DNA of 59,259 bases, taken from a bacterium. GTDB taxonomy: Bacteria; Patescibacteriota; Minisyncoccia; UBA6257; WO2-44-18. The notes beneath the pieces were generated by a model, which was not told the DNA's origin, ran no database searches, and saw only the letters and a program-made list of their open reading frames with translations. The stretch is taken from contig JAHFLQ010000004.1 in NCBI GenBank assembly GCA_023244815.1, forward strand, positions 1-59,259. Direction: 5' to 3'. The position numbers and the translations under genes were made by a program. Positions within the stretch are counted from its first letter, which is position 1, and each line of letters begins with the position of its first letter. This document shows, piece by piece, positions 42,726 through 52,625 of this stretch.

Positions 42726-44857
42726 GCTACTTCAATAAAATTTTCAGAATATTTGCCGTTCTTGCGGTAGCGTTGATTATAGTTTTAGGCTGGCGGCCGA
42801 CAAAAGCAGGTATCTTTACTGCCAAAAATCCCACCACCAACGGCCTCATCGGCTACTGGAATTTTGAAGAAGGCGACCCCAACGCTACCGCGACCGACCG
42901 TAGCGGCAGTGGAAACAACGGAACTCTGACTAACGGCCCAACCGTCACATCCGGTATCATCGGCCAGGCGCTGAAGTTTGACGGGAGTAATGATTACGTG
43001 GAGATTGCTGACAATAACGCGCTCGACCTTACCACGAGTGGGACAATTTCCGCCTGGATTAACGTGACCAGCCAGCCGGCTGGCAACGGATTCATTGTCA
43101 ACAAAGCAATCAATGAGAGTACCACTCCTAATGGCTACTCTATCTCATATATTGCCAATGGCGGATGTAGCAGTGGTTATCAGATCCGTATCGATATCGG
43201 CAATGGAACCAGTTATAACGCACCCGGTCTTTGCGGAACTCTTTCCCTAAACCGGTGGTACCACCTGGCAGGTACCTGGTCTTCGGGTGGAACAGTTGTG
43301 GTATATCTTGATGGCGCGCAGGCTGGATCCGTTGCAAATACGGTTACTCCTACCAACAATGCCACTACCTTAACGATAGGCGCCGGGCGTAACACCGGAT
43401 CAATTGATGATTTTTTCACCGGCAAGATAGACGAAGTCCGCCTCTACAACCGTGCCTTGAGCGCCGCGGAGATAGCTGCAATTTACCAAACAACGACGCA
43501 CAGAACTATTATGAAATCCCCCCCGCTGAACAACGGCCTCATCGGCTACTGGAATTTTGAAGAAGGTTCCGGCACTACCGCCAACGATAGAAGCGGCAAC
43601 GGAAACAACGGTTCTATTGAGGGCGGAGCGCCATTTACTGACGGTAAAATCGGACAGGCTCTGGACCTTGACGGTACCGATGATCGGGTTTTAGTTACTA
43701 CTAATAGCGGATTGGAAACTAATACTAATGTAACTGTGGCTCTTTGGATTAATCCTGATGATGCCGCCAAAGCTACAAGCCAACAATTGGCTTCGAAATA
43801 TAGCTCCACCCCCCAAAACGGCTATGTCTTATACATTCCGGCGTCGGTCAACACTATCAAGTGGGAGCTTAGACTTGGTTCGTGTTGCCAAGCGGTTCAG
43901 GCCCTCACTGCTCTAGTTAATGGGACGTGGCAGCATGTCGTGGCCACCTACGACGGCGCGACTTTAAAGGTTTATATTAACGGTGTTTTGGAGAATAGCT
44001 CAGCATCATCCGGGACATTGACTAGTACAAATAATTTAGCGCTTGGTGCTGATTGGAGTGGTGCCACCGTTCAGCCATTTGATGGCAGGATGGATGAAGT
44101 CCGCCTCTATAACCGGGCCTTGAGCGCCGGGGAAATAGCCGCGCTTTACCAGTCGACGGCTGTTTTCCGGCCAACGCGAAAAGCAACCATCAACACCTCC
44201 CAAAACACCCGCTTTAATAACAGTCTAGTCGGCCTTTGGTCTTTCAACGGTCCGGATGTAAGCGGTACTACGGCCACTGACATCAGCGGTAACGGAAATA
44301 CTGGCACGCTGACTAACGGCCCGACGGTAGTTCCCGGCATTATCGGCCAAGCGCTGAATTTTGATGGGGTGAATGATTATGTGAATGTAGGAAATGCATC
44401 AGGACTGAATCCATCGACCGCCATTACGCTCGCCGGATGGATCAAGATCGTTGACACCACGAGTCAATTACCTATCGTCGCGAGGTGGGCAGCCTCATCC
44501 TTTCGGTACATGATTGATGTATTTAACAAGAACGCTCGATTCTTCATACGCGATTCTGCAGGTACACAAGGACTCGTAACAGGATCTACAGCACTGGAGC
44601 CAGGCACTTGGTACCATGTCGCGGGCGTCTACAATGGAACCACCATGACATTGTATGTCAATGCTGTTTCGGAGGGGGCGCTGAGCGGATCAATACCTGC
44701 GTCTATGGATGCTGGCACAGCAGCAACGCTTATAGGGACAAAAGGAGATGCGACTACCGAGTACTTTAACGGCCCCATCGACGAACTCCGCATTTACAAT
44801 CGGGCGTTAAGCTCCTCTGAAATTACAGAAATATACAATGCGGGCAAGCGCCAGTAA
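42722..44857 (+). CDS. secreted protein with three LamG/concanavalin-A-like domains
   Basis: Three repeats of GLIGYWNFEE...D.SGNGN.G...GQALxFDG...W.H.A.TY...G.IDEVRLYNRALS; ATGA overlap with the giant gene. Confidence 0.9.
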   Translation: MSYFNKIFRIFAVLAVALIIVLGWRPTKAGIFTAKNPTTNGLIGYWNFEEGDPNATATDRSGSGNNGTLTNGPTVTSGIIGQALKFDGSNDYVEIADNNALDLTTSGTISAWINVTSQPAGNGFIVNKAINESTTPNGYSISYIANGGCSSGYQIRIDIGNGTSYNAPGLCGTLSLNRWYHLAGTWSSGGTVVVYLDGAQAGSVANTVTPTNNATTLTIGAGRNTGSIDDFFTGKIDEVRLYNRALSAAEIAAIYQTTTHRTIMKSPPLNNGLIGYWNFEEGSGTTANDRSGNGNNGSIEGGAPFTDGKIGQALDLDGTDDRVLVTTNSGLETNTNVTVALWINPDDAAKATSQQLASKYSSTPQNGYVLYIPASVNTIKWELRLGSCCQAVQALTALVNGTWQHVVATYDGATLKVYINGVLENSSASSGTLTSTNNLALGADWSGATVQPFDGRMDEVRLYNRALSAGEIAALYQSTAVFRPTRKATINTSQNTRFNNSLVGLWSFNGPDVSGTTATDISGNGNTGTLTNGPTVVPGIIGQALNFDGVNDYVNVGNASGLNPSTAITLAGWIKIVDTTSQLPIVARWAASSFRYMIDVFNKNARFFIRDSAGTQGLVTGSTALEPGTWYHVAGVYNGTTMTLYVNAVSEGALSGSIPASMDAGTAATLIGTKGDATTEYFNGPIDELRIYNRALSSSEITEIYNAGKRQ

Positions 44858-44890
44858 CTTGTATGCTATAATATTTTTATGGACGAGGAA

Positions 44891-45703
44891 CTACTTCGAT
44901 TTTAAAAATTCAATAGAGTCCTTAACTTTACGCGGCTTGCCGCCTTCATACTGGATTGTTTGAGCGTCAAGAATTTTTACGCGCTTTTCATCTTTGATAA
45001 CGTAAACGCCAGGCTCCGGATTGAGCGCGCGAATCTTTTTTTCTATCGTCGCCTCATCTTCCTTTCCTAAATCCACCAGGCCGTCCTCGGCCTTAAATTT
45101 TTTGGTAAGAGTTGCCAGATTTTCGTCTTGGGTCTGCAAATCTATTGTTCCTTGCGCAAATTTTGGCAATGTTTCTACCAGTAACTCGCCGGAAAGGTTT
45201 GCCAGCTTTTCCAGTAAAGTTTCATATGTATCCTGATTTGCAATTTGCAACACACATTGAGCGAGGATTGCCCCGTGGTCTACTTTTTCATCCAATAGGA
45301 ATAAAGTAGTGCCGGTTTCCGCTTCGCCGGCGAGGATCGCGCTCTGAATTGGCGTCGTGCCGCGATATTTAGGCAAGAGCGACGGGTGAACGCCAACCAT
45401 TCCTAGTCGGGGGAGTTTTAAAATTTCCAACGGCAAAATTTTCGCGTAGGCGGCCACTATCGCAAAATCTAATTCTTCCATATTTAAACGTTTAAATACC
45501 TCCGTATTTAAAGTGTCTGGTTGAGCAACTGGAATGCCGTGTTTTTGGGCCATCGCTTTCGCCGGAGGAGGGGTGATAACTTGCTTACGGCCGACCGGCT
45601 TATCCGGGTTGCAGATAACCAGCGCGGGCGGCATTTTCGCTGCGATTAATTTTTCTAGAATAATTGCCGCGAATTTAGGGGTTCCAAAGAAGGCGTACCT
45701 CAT
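44891..45703 (-). CDS. fmt: methionyl-tRNA formyltransferase
   Basis: FFGTPKFA, PDKPVGRKQ, VHPSLLPKYRG, GETGTT. Confidence 0.95.
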   Translation of the reverse strand: MRYAFFGTPKFAAIILEKLIAAKMPPALVICNPDKPVGRKQVITPPPAKAMAQKHGIPVAQPDTLNTEVFKRLNMEELDFAIVAAYAKILPLEILKLPRLGMVGVHPSLLPKYRGTTPIQSAILAGEAETGTTLFLLDEKVDHGAILAQCVLQIANQDTYETLLEKLANLSGELLVETLPKFAQGTIDLQTQDENLATLTKKFKAEDGLVDLGKEDEATIEKKIRALNPEPGVYVIKDEKRVKILDAQTIQYEGGKPRKVKDSIEFLKSK

Positions 45704-46179
45704 TTTACTACGGGAACTCTCTCAACCTGTTTCGCTTTATCTACAAAAAGTTTGCCGTTGAGGTGGTCTACTTCGTGTTGAAAAACGCGCGCCAACAATC
45801 CCCAGGCCTTCACCTTGATTGATTTGCCTGCCTGGTCAAAGCCTTTCAGCGTAACCCGCGCTGGCCGTTCTACCGCGCCGTAAACACCCGGAACACTCAG
45901 ACAGCCTTCGTCCAGGACAATTGTTTCTTTAGAAAGCTGGGCCAGCTCCGGATTAAAAACGGCGTAGAATTTATTCTCCACTTTGGCGACAAAAACTTTG
46001 ATATCCAAACCGACCTGATTAGCGGAAAGCCCGATGCCATCGGCCTCCTGCATTTTCTGGCGCATAGTTTTAATCAGCGCCCGAATCTCTTGTTTTTTGT
46101 ATTTGGAAAAATCAAACTCCCGCGTTTTGGCACGCAGAAACTTTTCATCCTTTTTATTTTCCGTGGTGACTATATTCAT
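45700..46179 (-). CDS. def: peptide deformylase
   Basis: GIGLSANQVG, EGCLSVPG, QHEVDHLNG. Confidence 0.97.
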   Translation of the reverse strand: MNIVTTENKKDEKFLRAKTREFDFSKYKKQEIRALIKTMRQKMQEADGIGLSANQVGLDIKVFVAKVENKFYAVFNPELAQLSKETIVLDEGCLSVPGVYGAVERPARVTLKGFDQAGKSIKVKAWGLLARVFQHEVDHLNGKLFVDKAKQVERVPVVK

Positions 46180-46445
46180 TAGGGATCTCCATAAAAAACT
46201 TTCATAAAATACGCGCCTTTGTTGTCTATTTTTTTGTTTTCGGCGACCGCTTTTGCTATGCGGAATACTTTGGCTTCGCCGTGCTCTTTGGCCAATTTAA
46301 TATAGAGCGACCGATGTTCCCAGTCATCTAAAATATCCGCAATTTCGAGTCCGGTCAACTGATATGATTTGGAAATTCTGGATAAGCCGGCGCGCCGTTT
46401 AAGCTCGACAAAGTAATCTTTGCTGGACGACGGCAACAACTTCAT
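46179..46445 (-). CDS. conserved hypothetical protein (88 aa)
   Basis: ATG 46445 is 6 nt after TATAAT; 1-bp overlap with def; the upstream part of track ORF 46179..46865 is a shadow of thpR. Confidence 0.75.
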   Translation of the reverse strand: MKLLPSSSKDYFVELKRRAGLSRISKSYQLTGLEIADILDDWEHRSLYIKLAKEHGEAKVFRIAKAVAENKKIDNKGAYFMKVFYGDP

Positions 46446-46463
46446 AATAGAATTATAACTTAA

Positions 46464-47039
46464 ATGACCAAAAAACGGGTTTTTGTCGCCATTAATTTGC
46501 CGGACGATGTAAAAAACGAGCTGGCCGCGATTATCAGCAAGATTGGAGATAATTACAACGAAAACGTTCGGTTTATTTCTCGCGACAACTGGCACCTGAC
46601 CATTTCCTTTCTGGGTGAACAGACGGACGACAATATTAGTTCCGCCAATCAGGCGATTGAAGGGACGGCGAAAAAGTTCATGCCGCCGAACATTCAATTT
46701 GAAAAAATTATTTACGGGCCGATCGGCAAGACACCCCGAATGATCTGGCTGGTAGCGAGCCGTCGGACTTCCGACCGACTGGGGGAAATTAAGGCCGACC
46801 TGGAAAAGGGCCTTTTCGAAGCTGGAATAAATTTTGAACAGGAGCATCGGCAATATAACGCGCATCTTACGTTGGCGCGGTTTTCAGCGGTCGGGCGGGA
46901 GTCTTTGCCGCCTCTCGATATTGAATTTGATCGGCAATTTCAGCCGGCATCGCTGGTTCTAACGGAGTCGCATTTAAAGCGAAGCGGAGCCGAATACGAG
47001 CCACTGGCGCAATTTGATTTTGAGGGTGATTCCGAATAA
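46464..47039 (+). CDS. thpR: RNA 2',3'-cyclic phosphodiesterase
   Basis: RVFVAI, two HxT motifs (WHLTISF, AHLTLAR), S.LKRSGAEY. Confidence 0.92.
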   Translation: MTKKRVFVAINLPDDVKNELAAIISKIGDNYNENVRFISRDNWHLTISFLGEQTDDNISSANQAIEGTAKKFMPPNIQFEKIIYGPIGKTPRMIWLVASRRTSDRLGEIKADLEKGLFEAGINFEQEHRQYNAHLTLARFSAVGRESLPPLDIEFDRQFQPASLVLTESHLKRSGAEYEPLAQFDFEGDSE

Positions 47040-47049
47040 ACTTATATAA

Positions 47050-48270
47050 ATGCTCAATCTTAAAAAGCCCATTGTAATTTGGATTGCCGGCGCCGTACTC
47101 GCCATTCTTGCCATCGGCGGTTCTTTATATACAGGCTATCGGCTTGGCCAACAGGACCCTCACGTTGTTACCGTTAAAAACATAACCAACATTGACGACC
47201 CGGAGGCGAAGGCCGACTTCGGTCTTTTTTGGCAGGTTTGGGAAAAGCTTAAGGAGTTTCATGTAGACGGCGGATCGGTGCCGGACAAACAGTTGATCTA
47301 CGGTTCGGTAGCCGGCCTGGTAAACTCGCTTAAAGATCCTTACACAATATTTTTCCCGCCGACCGAAGCGAAGAAGTTTGAGGAAGATGTGAAGGGAGTT
47401 TTCGGCGGAATCGGCGCGGAAATCGGTATTCGCGACGAGCAGTTAGTGGTAATCGCGCCGCTGAAAGATTCGCCCGCGGAAAAAGCTGGACTGAAAGCCA
47501 AGGACAAAATTTTGGCGATTGACAGAGCGCCAACTGACGGAGTGAGCATCACTGACGCGGTTTCCAAAATTCGGGGCGAGATTGGCACCAAGATTACGCT
47601 GACGATTTTACGAAACGGCTGGGAAAAGCCGCAAGAATTCGCGATTGTCCGTGACGTGATCAAGGTCCCGACGCTTGATTGGGACGTGAAGGACGGGATT
47701 CTCCACGTCAAGTTTTACGCATTCAACGAGAACGCCCCGCACCTTTTCTATAAGGCAGTGCTAGACGGGTCTGACAAGGGAGCGAAAGGGATGATTTTAG
47801 ACATGCGGAATAATCCCGGCGGATATTTGGACGTGGCGGTTCATCTTGCCGGTTGGTTCTTGCCAAAAGGAGCGTTGGTGGTGAAAGAAGACGTTCGCAC
47901 CGGAGAAGACCAGCTTTTCCAAGCGGATGGAAGCGCGGCGCTTAAGGATTTTCCGACAGTGGTGCTGGTTAACGGCGGATCGGCCTCCGCTTCGGAAATT
48001 TTAGCCGGAGCGCTTCGCGACGATCGTGGCATCAAGCTAATCGGCGAGAAGACTTTTGGCAAAGGAACGGTTCAGGAACTTCAGAGCCTCAAGGATGGTT
48101 CCAGTCTGAAGATTACGATCGCGCGTTGGCTGACGCCCAAAGGCATCACCATAGACAACAACGGCCTAGCGCCGGATTATGAAGTTAAGATTACCGAAGC
48201 GAACGCGGCCAAAGGGATTGACCCGCAACTCGACAAAGCGTTTGCAGTTTTGAAAGCACAGATAAAATAG
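47050..48270 (+). CDS. C-terminal processing peptidase S41 (CtpA/Prc)
   Basis: TM, PDZ (GGIGAEIG), LDMRNNPGG, SASASEILAGAL, TFGKGTVQ. Confidence 0.93.
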   Translation: MLNLKKPIVIWIAGAVLAILAIGGSLYTGYRLGQQDPHVVTVKNITNIDDPEAKADFGLFWQVWEKLKEFHVDGGSVPDKQLIYGSVAGLVNSLKDPYTIFFPPTEAKKFEEDVKGVFGGIGAEIGIRDEQLVVIAPLKDSPAEKAGLKAKDKILAIDRAPTDGVSITDAVSKIRGEIGTKITLTILRNGWEKPQEFAIVRDVIKVPTLDWDVKDGILHVKFYAFNENAPHLFYKAVLDGSDKGAKGMILDMRNNPGGYLDVAVHLAGWFLPKGALVVKEDVRTGEDQLFQADGSAALKDFPTVVLVNGGSASASEILAGALRDDRGIKLIGEKTFGKGTVQELQSLKDGSSLKITIARWLTPKGITIDNNGLAPDYEVKITEANAAKGIDPQLDKAFAVLKAQIK

Positions 48271-48292
48271 TTGGCCATAGGCATTTAACCGC

Positions 48293-48721
48293 ATGAAGGT
48301 TTTATTACTACAGGATGTAAAAAAGGTAGGAAAGAAACATGAGGTAAAAGAAGTAAGCGACGGCTATGCGCGGAATTTTTTGTTATCTAAAAAGCTGGCA
48401 GTGATCGCTGATGCCGGTGCGATGAAGCTGAAAGCGGGGACAGAAGCTAAGGAGAAAGAGCTGGTGGAACGCTATCAAAACTTTTCGAAAAAACTGGCGA
48501 AAGAGACTCTGGTTTTCAAAGTAAAATCTGGCACGCGCGGGGAAGTTTTTGGTTCGGTAAAGGCGGAACAGATCCAGCAGGCCCTGCAGGAGAAGGGGTT
48601 TGATGGGGCAGAGCCGGAATTGGATAAGCCCATAAAGTCTAGCGGCCAGCATGAGGTTCCGATCAAGTTTCCTCGCGGAATTACGAGTAAAGTATTAGTT
48701 GTTATTGAGCCACAACCCTAA
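48293..48721 (+). CDS. rplI: 50S ribosomal protein L9
   Basis: [14 protein letters not shown]...[11 protein letters not shown]; FGSV. Confidence 0.95.
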   Translation: MKVLLLQDVKKVGKKHEVKEVSDGYARNFLLSKKLAVIADAGAMKLKAGTEAKEKELVERYQNFSKKLAKETLVFKVKSGTRGEVFGSVKAEQIQQALQEKGFDGAEPELDKPIKSSGQHEVPIKFPRGITSKVLVVIEPQP

Positions 48722-48980
48722 CGGTCTTGACGTAACGCTTGGTGCGGTCAAAGCGGACCTTCCTACTTTGCGCGAATTTCACCGTGCCGGATTTTGCCGC
48801 GTACAAAGTATCGTCGCCGGCCTGTTTTACATTTTCACCGGCCAAATAATGGCTGCCGCGCTGGCGAATAATAATCTCGCCCGCTTTGACGGCCTCGTTA
48901 TCGTTAATTTTTATACCTAACCGCTTGCTGGCGGAGTCGCGGCCTAATCTGGTAGAGCCGCCTGATTTAGTATGGGCCAT
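48702..48980 (-). CDS. rpmA: 50S ribosomal protein L27
   Basis: [33 protein letters not shown]. Confidence 0.97.
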   Translation of the reverse strand: MAHTKSGGSTRLGRDSASKRLGIKINDNEAVKAGEIIIRQRGSHYLAGENVKQAGDDTLYAAKSGTVKFAQSRKVRFDRTKRYVKTVRVVAQ

Positions 48981-49020
48981 AGTCTAGAATATACGGTAAG
49001 AGTAGGGTATAATCGCTCGG

Positions 49021-49152
49021 ATGTCAAATCTAATAAAGTATTCAGTTATTACGGCAGTCACCCTATTGTTAATTGGGCTCGGCTTTGGGCTCGGCTACCT
49101 TACCCGAGGCGATGTTCAGCGCGCTCCGATTGTTATTGAAAAAGCTAAATAA
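49021..49152 (+). CDS. small membrane protein (43 aa)
   Basis: MSNLIKYSVITAVTLLLIGLGFGLGYLTRGDVQRAPIVIEKAK; TATAAT 7 nt upstream. Confidence 0.6.
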   Translation: MSNLIKYSVITAVTLLLIGLGFGLGYLTRGDVQRAPIVIEKAK

Positions 49153-49219
49153 CGGCCTATTGACAAAATTATATTTTGTGATAGAGTCAAACAGTTATGA
49201 AATGAAAGGTGGTGACTGT

Positions 49220-49381
49220 ATGGGTAACATGCGCAGTCTTGGTCAGCTCCATAAGAAAGGAGCGGCGCGGCGGGCTTGGCGAAACAGACACCGGGAGCAG
49301 TCAGCCATCGCGCGCAAGTTGCGGCGGGCGGTCAGGGAGGACGAGGCGGCGGCGCGCTCAGCCCTTGTGAATCCCCGCTGA
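49220..49381 (+). CDS. small Arg-rich protein (53 aa)
   Basis: Promoter TTGACA (49160)-16-TAGAGT, SD AAAGGTGGTG, downstream terminator 49397-49448. Confidence 0.65.
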   Translation: MGNMRSLGQLHKKGAARRAWRNRHREQSAIARKLRRAVREDEAAARSALVNPR

Positions 49382-49448
49382 TCTTCCAAGCAGTTTATGC
49401 CCCCAATGTACCTGCCTACCGGCAGGCATCTGGGGGCATTTTTATTTT

Positions 49449-50729
49449 TTAGCCCAGCCGGTCGTTTTGAATAAAAATCCAGAGTCCCCTTAGCCAGGCT
49501 TTGATGGCTTTCCAAAATGGGAGAATCATCCGCAAATAATTTATTTCCACCAAGATTTTTAAGGCCCATCCCCCAAACCCCCAAATAACAATCGGACCAA
49601 GTTTGGCAATGGCCCACTTGCCGCCGATCGGAATTATATAAGGATATTCCATCGGACGGTATTGCCAGTGATCTTTTCGCCCCTGGATATCGCAGATGAT
49701 ATTGTGGGCGACTATTTTTGCCTGAGACATAGCCGCGCGGGCAACGCCGGGAATAGGACGGCCGCCTTGATCATAAAAGCAAACTGCGTCGCCGATCGCG
49801 TAAATTTTCCCGTAGAGCTTCAGATCCGGGCTTTGCGGCAGACATTCCATTTCACCGGCTACCTCGACCCGGCCCCTCTTCTCCAATTTTAGCGGCATAG
49901 TGCCCATTAAGGACGCGGCTTTCACGCCGCCGGCCCAAACCAAGAGATCGTAGGGGAGTTCTCGTTTACCATTTAATAAAATTTTCTCCTGAGCAACCTT
50001 TTCTATCGGGTGATTAGCAATAATTTCCGCACCTAAACTTTTCAAACGTTTTTGAACTCTATTAATAATGGCGGCTGGAAATCCCAATAAGATAGAAGGA
50101 CCGGCTTCGATGATAGTAATTTTGAATTTGCACTGACGATGTTTCTGTTCCTCAATCTCCACTTCCATTTCAGCCAGCCAGCCCTGGAGTTCGCCGGCAA
50201 ATTCCACGCCGGTGGATCCGCCGCCACCGATGACAATCCGGATTTCCTCCTTGCCGGATTGCGCTAACTCTAGAACCCGATCGCGAATTTTCAGAGCATC
50301 CGTAAACCACTTGAGCGGCGCAGAATTTTCTTTCAAGCCAGGTATGTCGAAATAGTTGGTTTCCGCACCGAGCGCCAGAACCAAATAATCAAATTTAATC
50401 ACACCGCTATTTTTTAGATGGACGTCGCCGTCTTTCAAATCCAGCGATTCAATTTCGGCCTGGATAAAGCGGCCGCCGAGTTTTTTAACAATTTTCTCTA
50501 TTGGGAAAGTAACAATGCTTTTGAGATTGACATAGTCAGCGGTTTCTTTGGAGGTGGTAGCAACTTCGTAAAGCGTCGGGGTATAAGTATGGTAGGCGTT
50601 ACGATCAACTACAACAACCTGGCAGGAATTTTCCATTCCGGAACGGCGGATATATTTCCCCAGCAACATAGCGGCCCGCAAACCGCCGAATCCGGCACCG
50701 AGAATCACAATCTGCTTCTTTTGTTCCAT
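49449..50729 (-). CDS. type II NADH dehydrogenase-like FAD-dependent oxidoreductase
   Basis: VILGAGFGG, DYLVLALGA, IGGGGSTGVEFAGEL, YAIGDA. Confidence 0.9.
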   Translation of the reverse strand: MEQKKQIVILGAGFGGLRAAMLLGKYIRRSGMENSCQVVVVDRNAYHTYTPTLYEVATTSKETADYVNLKSIVTFPIEKIVKKLGGRFIQAEIESLDLKDGDVHLKNSGVIKFDYLVLALGAETNYFDIPGLKENSAPLKWFTDALKIRDRVLELAQSGKEEIRIVIGGGGSTGVEFAGELQGWLAEMEVEIEEQKHRQCKFKITIIEAGPSILLGFPAAIINRVQKRLKSLGAEIIANHPIEKVAQEKILLNGKRELPYDLLVWAGGVKAASLMGTMPLKLEKRGRVEVAGEMECLPQSPDLKLYGKIYAIGDAVCFYDQGGRPIPGVARAAMSQAKIVAHNIICDIQGRKDHWQYRPMEYPYIIPIGGKWAIAKLGPIVIWGFGGWALKILVEINYLRMILPFWKAIKAWLRGLWIFIQNDRLG

Positions 50730-50770
50730 AACTTACATTTTATCACGCTGTGATATAATTTTATAAACAC

Positions 50771-51775
50771 ATGAAGTTTTTGGGTGATGTCAGGAAAAAA
50801 GACCTAGCCGGCAAAACCTGCCTTTTGCGGGCGGATTTTAACGTGGAGAGCGCCAAGGACGCGCTACGGGTAGAGGCGACCATTCCTACCGTAAAATTTT
50901 TATTGAAAAACGGTGCGCGGATTTTGATACTGAGCCACCGAGGGCGTCCGAAGGGCGTGGATGAAAAATTATCCTTGAAAGTATTTATTCCGTTTCTCAA
51001 AAAGAATCTCAAACAGGAAATTCATTTTCTAGCCGGCCTACCGGCAAAACTCGGCGCGGGAAAAATATTTTTGATGGAAAATCTGCGTTTCTGGCCGGAA
51101 GAAGAAGTAGACGGCAAAGATTTTGCCAGGCACCTAGCGAAACTCGGCGATTTTTACGTGAACGACGCTTTTGCGGTTTCTCATCGCGCCAATGCTTCCA
51201 TTACTCAACTACCGCAACTTTTACCGGCTTATGCCGGACTCCTTTTACAAAAAGAAATAAAAACATTATCGCTGGTAATGAAGAAACCCAAAAAGCCTCT
51301 GGTTTTAATCTTCGGCGGCTCGAAGGTGGACGACAAGGCGCCGGTAATAAAATATTTATTGCCAAAAGCGAACAAGGTTTTGCTGGGCAGCAGTGTTTTG
51401 AATAATTCCGCCACCTTACCCAAATCGTCCAAAATTGAAAGACCGATTGACTGGCTGGCAGAGGGGAGTCTGGCTATGGACATCGGTTCGCTGACTGTTG
51501 AGCGGTATGGAGCAGAAATCCAGAAAGCGAAAACGATCGTTTGGAATGGGCCCGTCGGGAAGTTTGAAGATAAAAAATACGCCGGCGGATCGGCGGCGCT
51601 GGCGAAATTAGTAGCAAAAAGCGGGGCCTTTTCGGTAATTGGCGGAGGCGAAACGACACAATTGATTTTATCCCTCGGGCTTCGCAAGAAGATTGGTTTT
51701 CTTTCCACCGGCGGCGGCGCAATGCTGGAATTTTTGGCAGGAAAAAAACTGCCCGGCATAGAGGCGCTAAAATAA
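50771..51775 (+). CDS. pgk: phosphoglycerate kinase (compact)
   Basis: LLRADFNV, LSHRGRP, LMENLRF, VNDAFAVSHR, GGSKVDDK, STGGGAMLEFL. Confidence 0.96.
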   Translation: MKFLGDVRKKDLAGKTCLLRADFNVESAKDALRVEATIPTVKFLLKNGARILILSHRGRPKGVDEKLSLKVFIPFLKKNLKQEIHFLAGLPAKLGAGKIFLMENLRFWPEEEVDGKDFARHLAKLGDFYVNDAFAVSHRANASITQLPQLLPAYAGLLLQKEIKTLSLVMKKPKKPLVLIFGGSKVDDKAPVIKYLLPKANKVLLGSSVLNNSATLPKSSKIERPIDWLAEGSLAMDIGSLTVERYGAEIQKAKTIVWNGPVGKFEDKKYAGGSAALAKLVAKSGAFSVIGGGETTQLILSLGLRKKIGFLSTGGGAMLEFLAGKKLPGIEALK

Positions 51776-51776
51776 T

Positions 51777-52625
51777 ATGAAAAAATTCGTAGTCTTATTT
51801 CACGGCGAGTGTTGGGACGGATTCGGCGGGGGATATGCCGCTTGGAAAAAATTTGGCAATAAAGCCGAATATTACCCGTTGAAACACGGCGGTGATCTGC
51901 CGAAAGATTTAAAAGGACGCCAAATTTATCTGATTGACTTTAGTTTTCAGGAATCGGCTATGAAGAAACTGGTGGAAGATAATTACGTAGTCGCCCTGGA
52001 TCACCATGTTTCTGCCGAGAAGACGGTCAAAATGGCGGACGAGTGGGTATATGCTTTGAAAAATTCCGGCGCGGTGATCGCGTGGAATTATTTTCATCCC
52101 CATAAGCCGGTGCCGAAACTTTTGAGGCATATCCAAGACGTGGATCTGTGGAATTGGAAACTGCCGCGCACAGCCGAATTGATGGCCTATATGGGACTGG
52201 TGGAATATGATTTTAAAATTTGGGATAAGATCGCGCGCGACTGGGAGAATCCGAAAAAGCTGAAATTTTATATCGATCGCGGCCAGTATATTTTGAAATA
52301 TGAAAATCAGATGGTGGGACGATTGTTAGAGGCAGCCGAAGTAGCAAAATTTGAAAATTATAAAACTTTAGTTGTAAATTCTCCGGTGCTTCATTCAGAA
52401 GTCGGAAACCGGTTAACGGAGATGTTGCCGCCAATCGCGATTGTCTGGAGCGAGAAGAACGGCATCCGGCGGGTTTCGCTACGATCCAATGGCAAAGTGG
52501 ATGTGGCCAAATTGGCGGAAAAATACGGCGGCGGCGGGCACAAAGCAGCAGCCGGATTCTCGGTTTCCCTAAAGAAACCGGTGCCGTGGAAAATTATTAA
52601 ACCAAGTTTTGATGGCAAAAAATAA
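51777..52625 (+). CDS. DHH/DHHA1 phosphoesterase
   Basis: FHGECWDGFGG, LIDFS, LDHH, GGGHKAAAGF. Confidence 0.9.
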   Translation: MKKFVVLFHGECWDGFGGGYAAWKKFGNKAEYYPLKHGGDLPKDLKGRQIYLIDFSFQESAMKKLVEDNYVVALDHHVSAEKTVKMADEWVYALKNSGAVIAWNYFHPHKPVPKLLRHIQDVDLWNWKLPRTAELMAYMGLVEYDFKIWDKIARDWENPKKLKFYIDRGQYILKYENQMVGRLLEAAEVAKFENYKTLVVNSPVLHSEVGNRLTEMLPPIAIVWSEKNGIRRVSLRSNGKVDVAKLAEKYGGGGHKAAAGFSVSLKKPVPWKIIKPSFDGKK

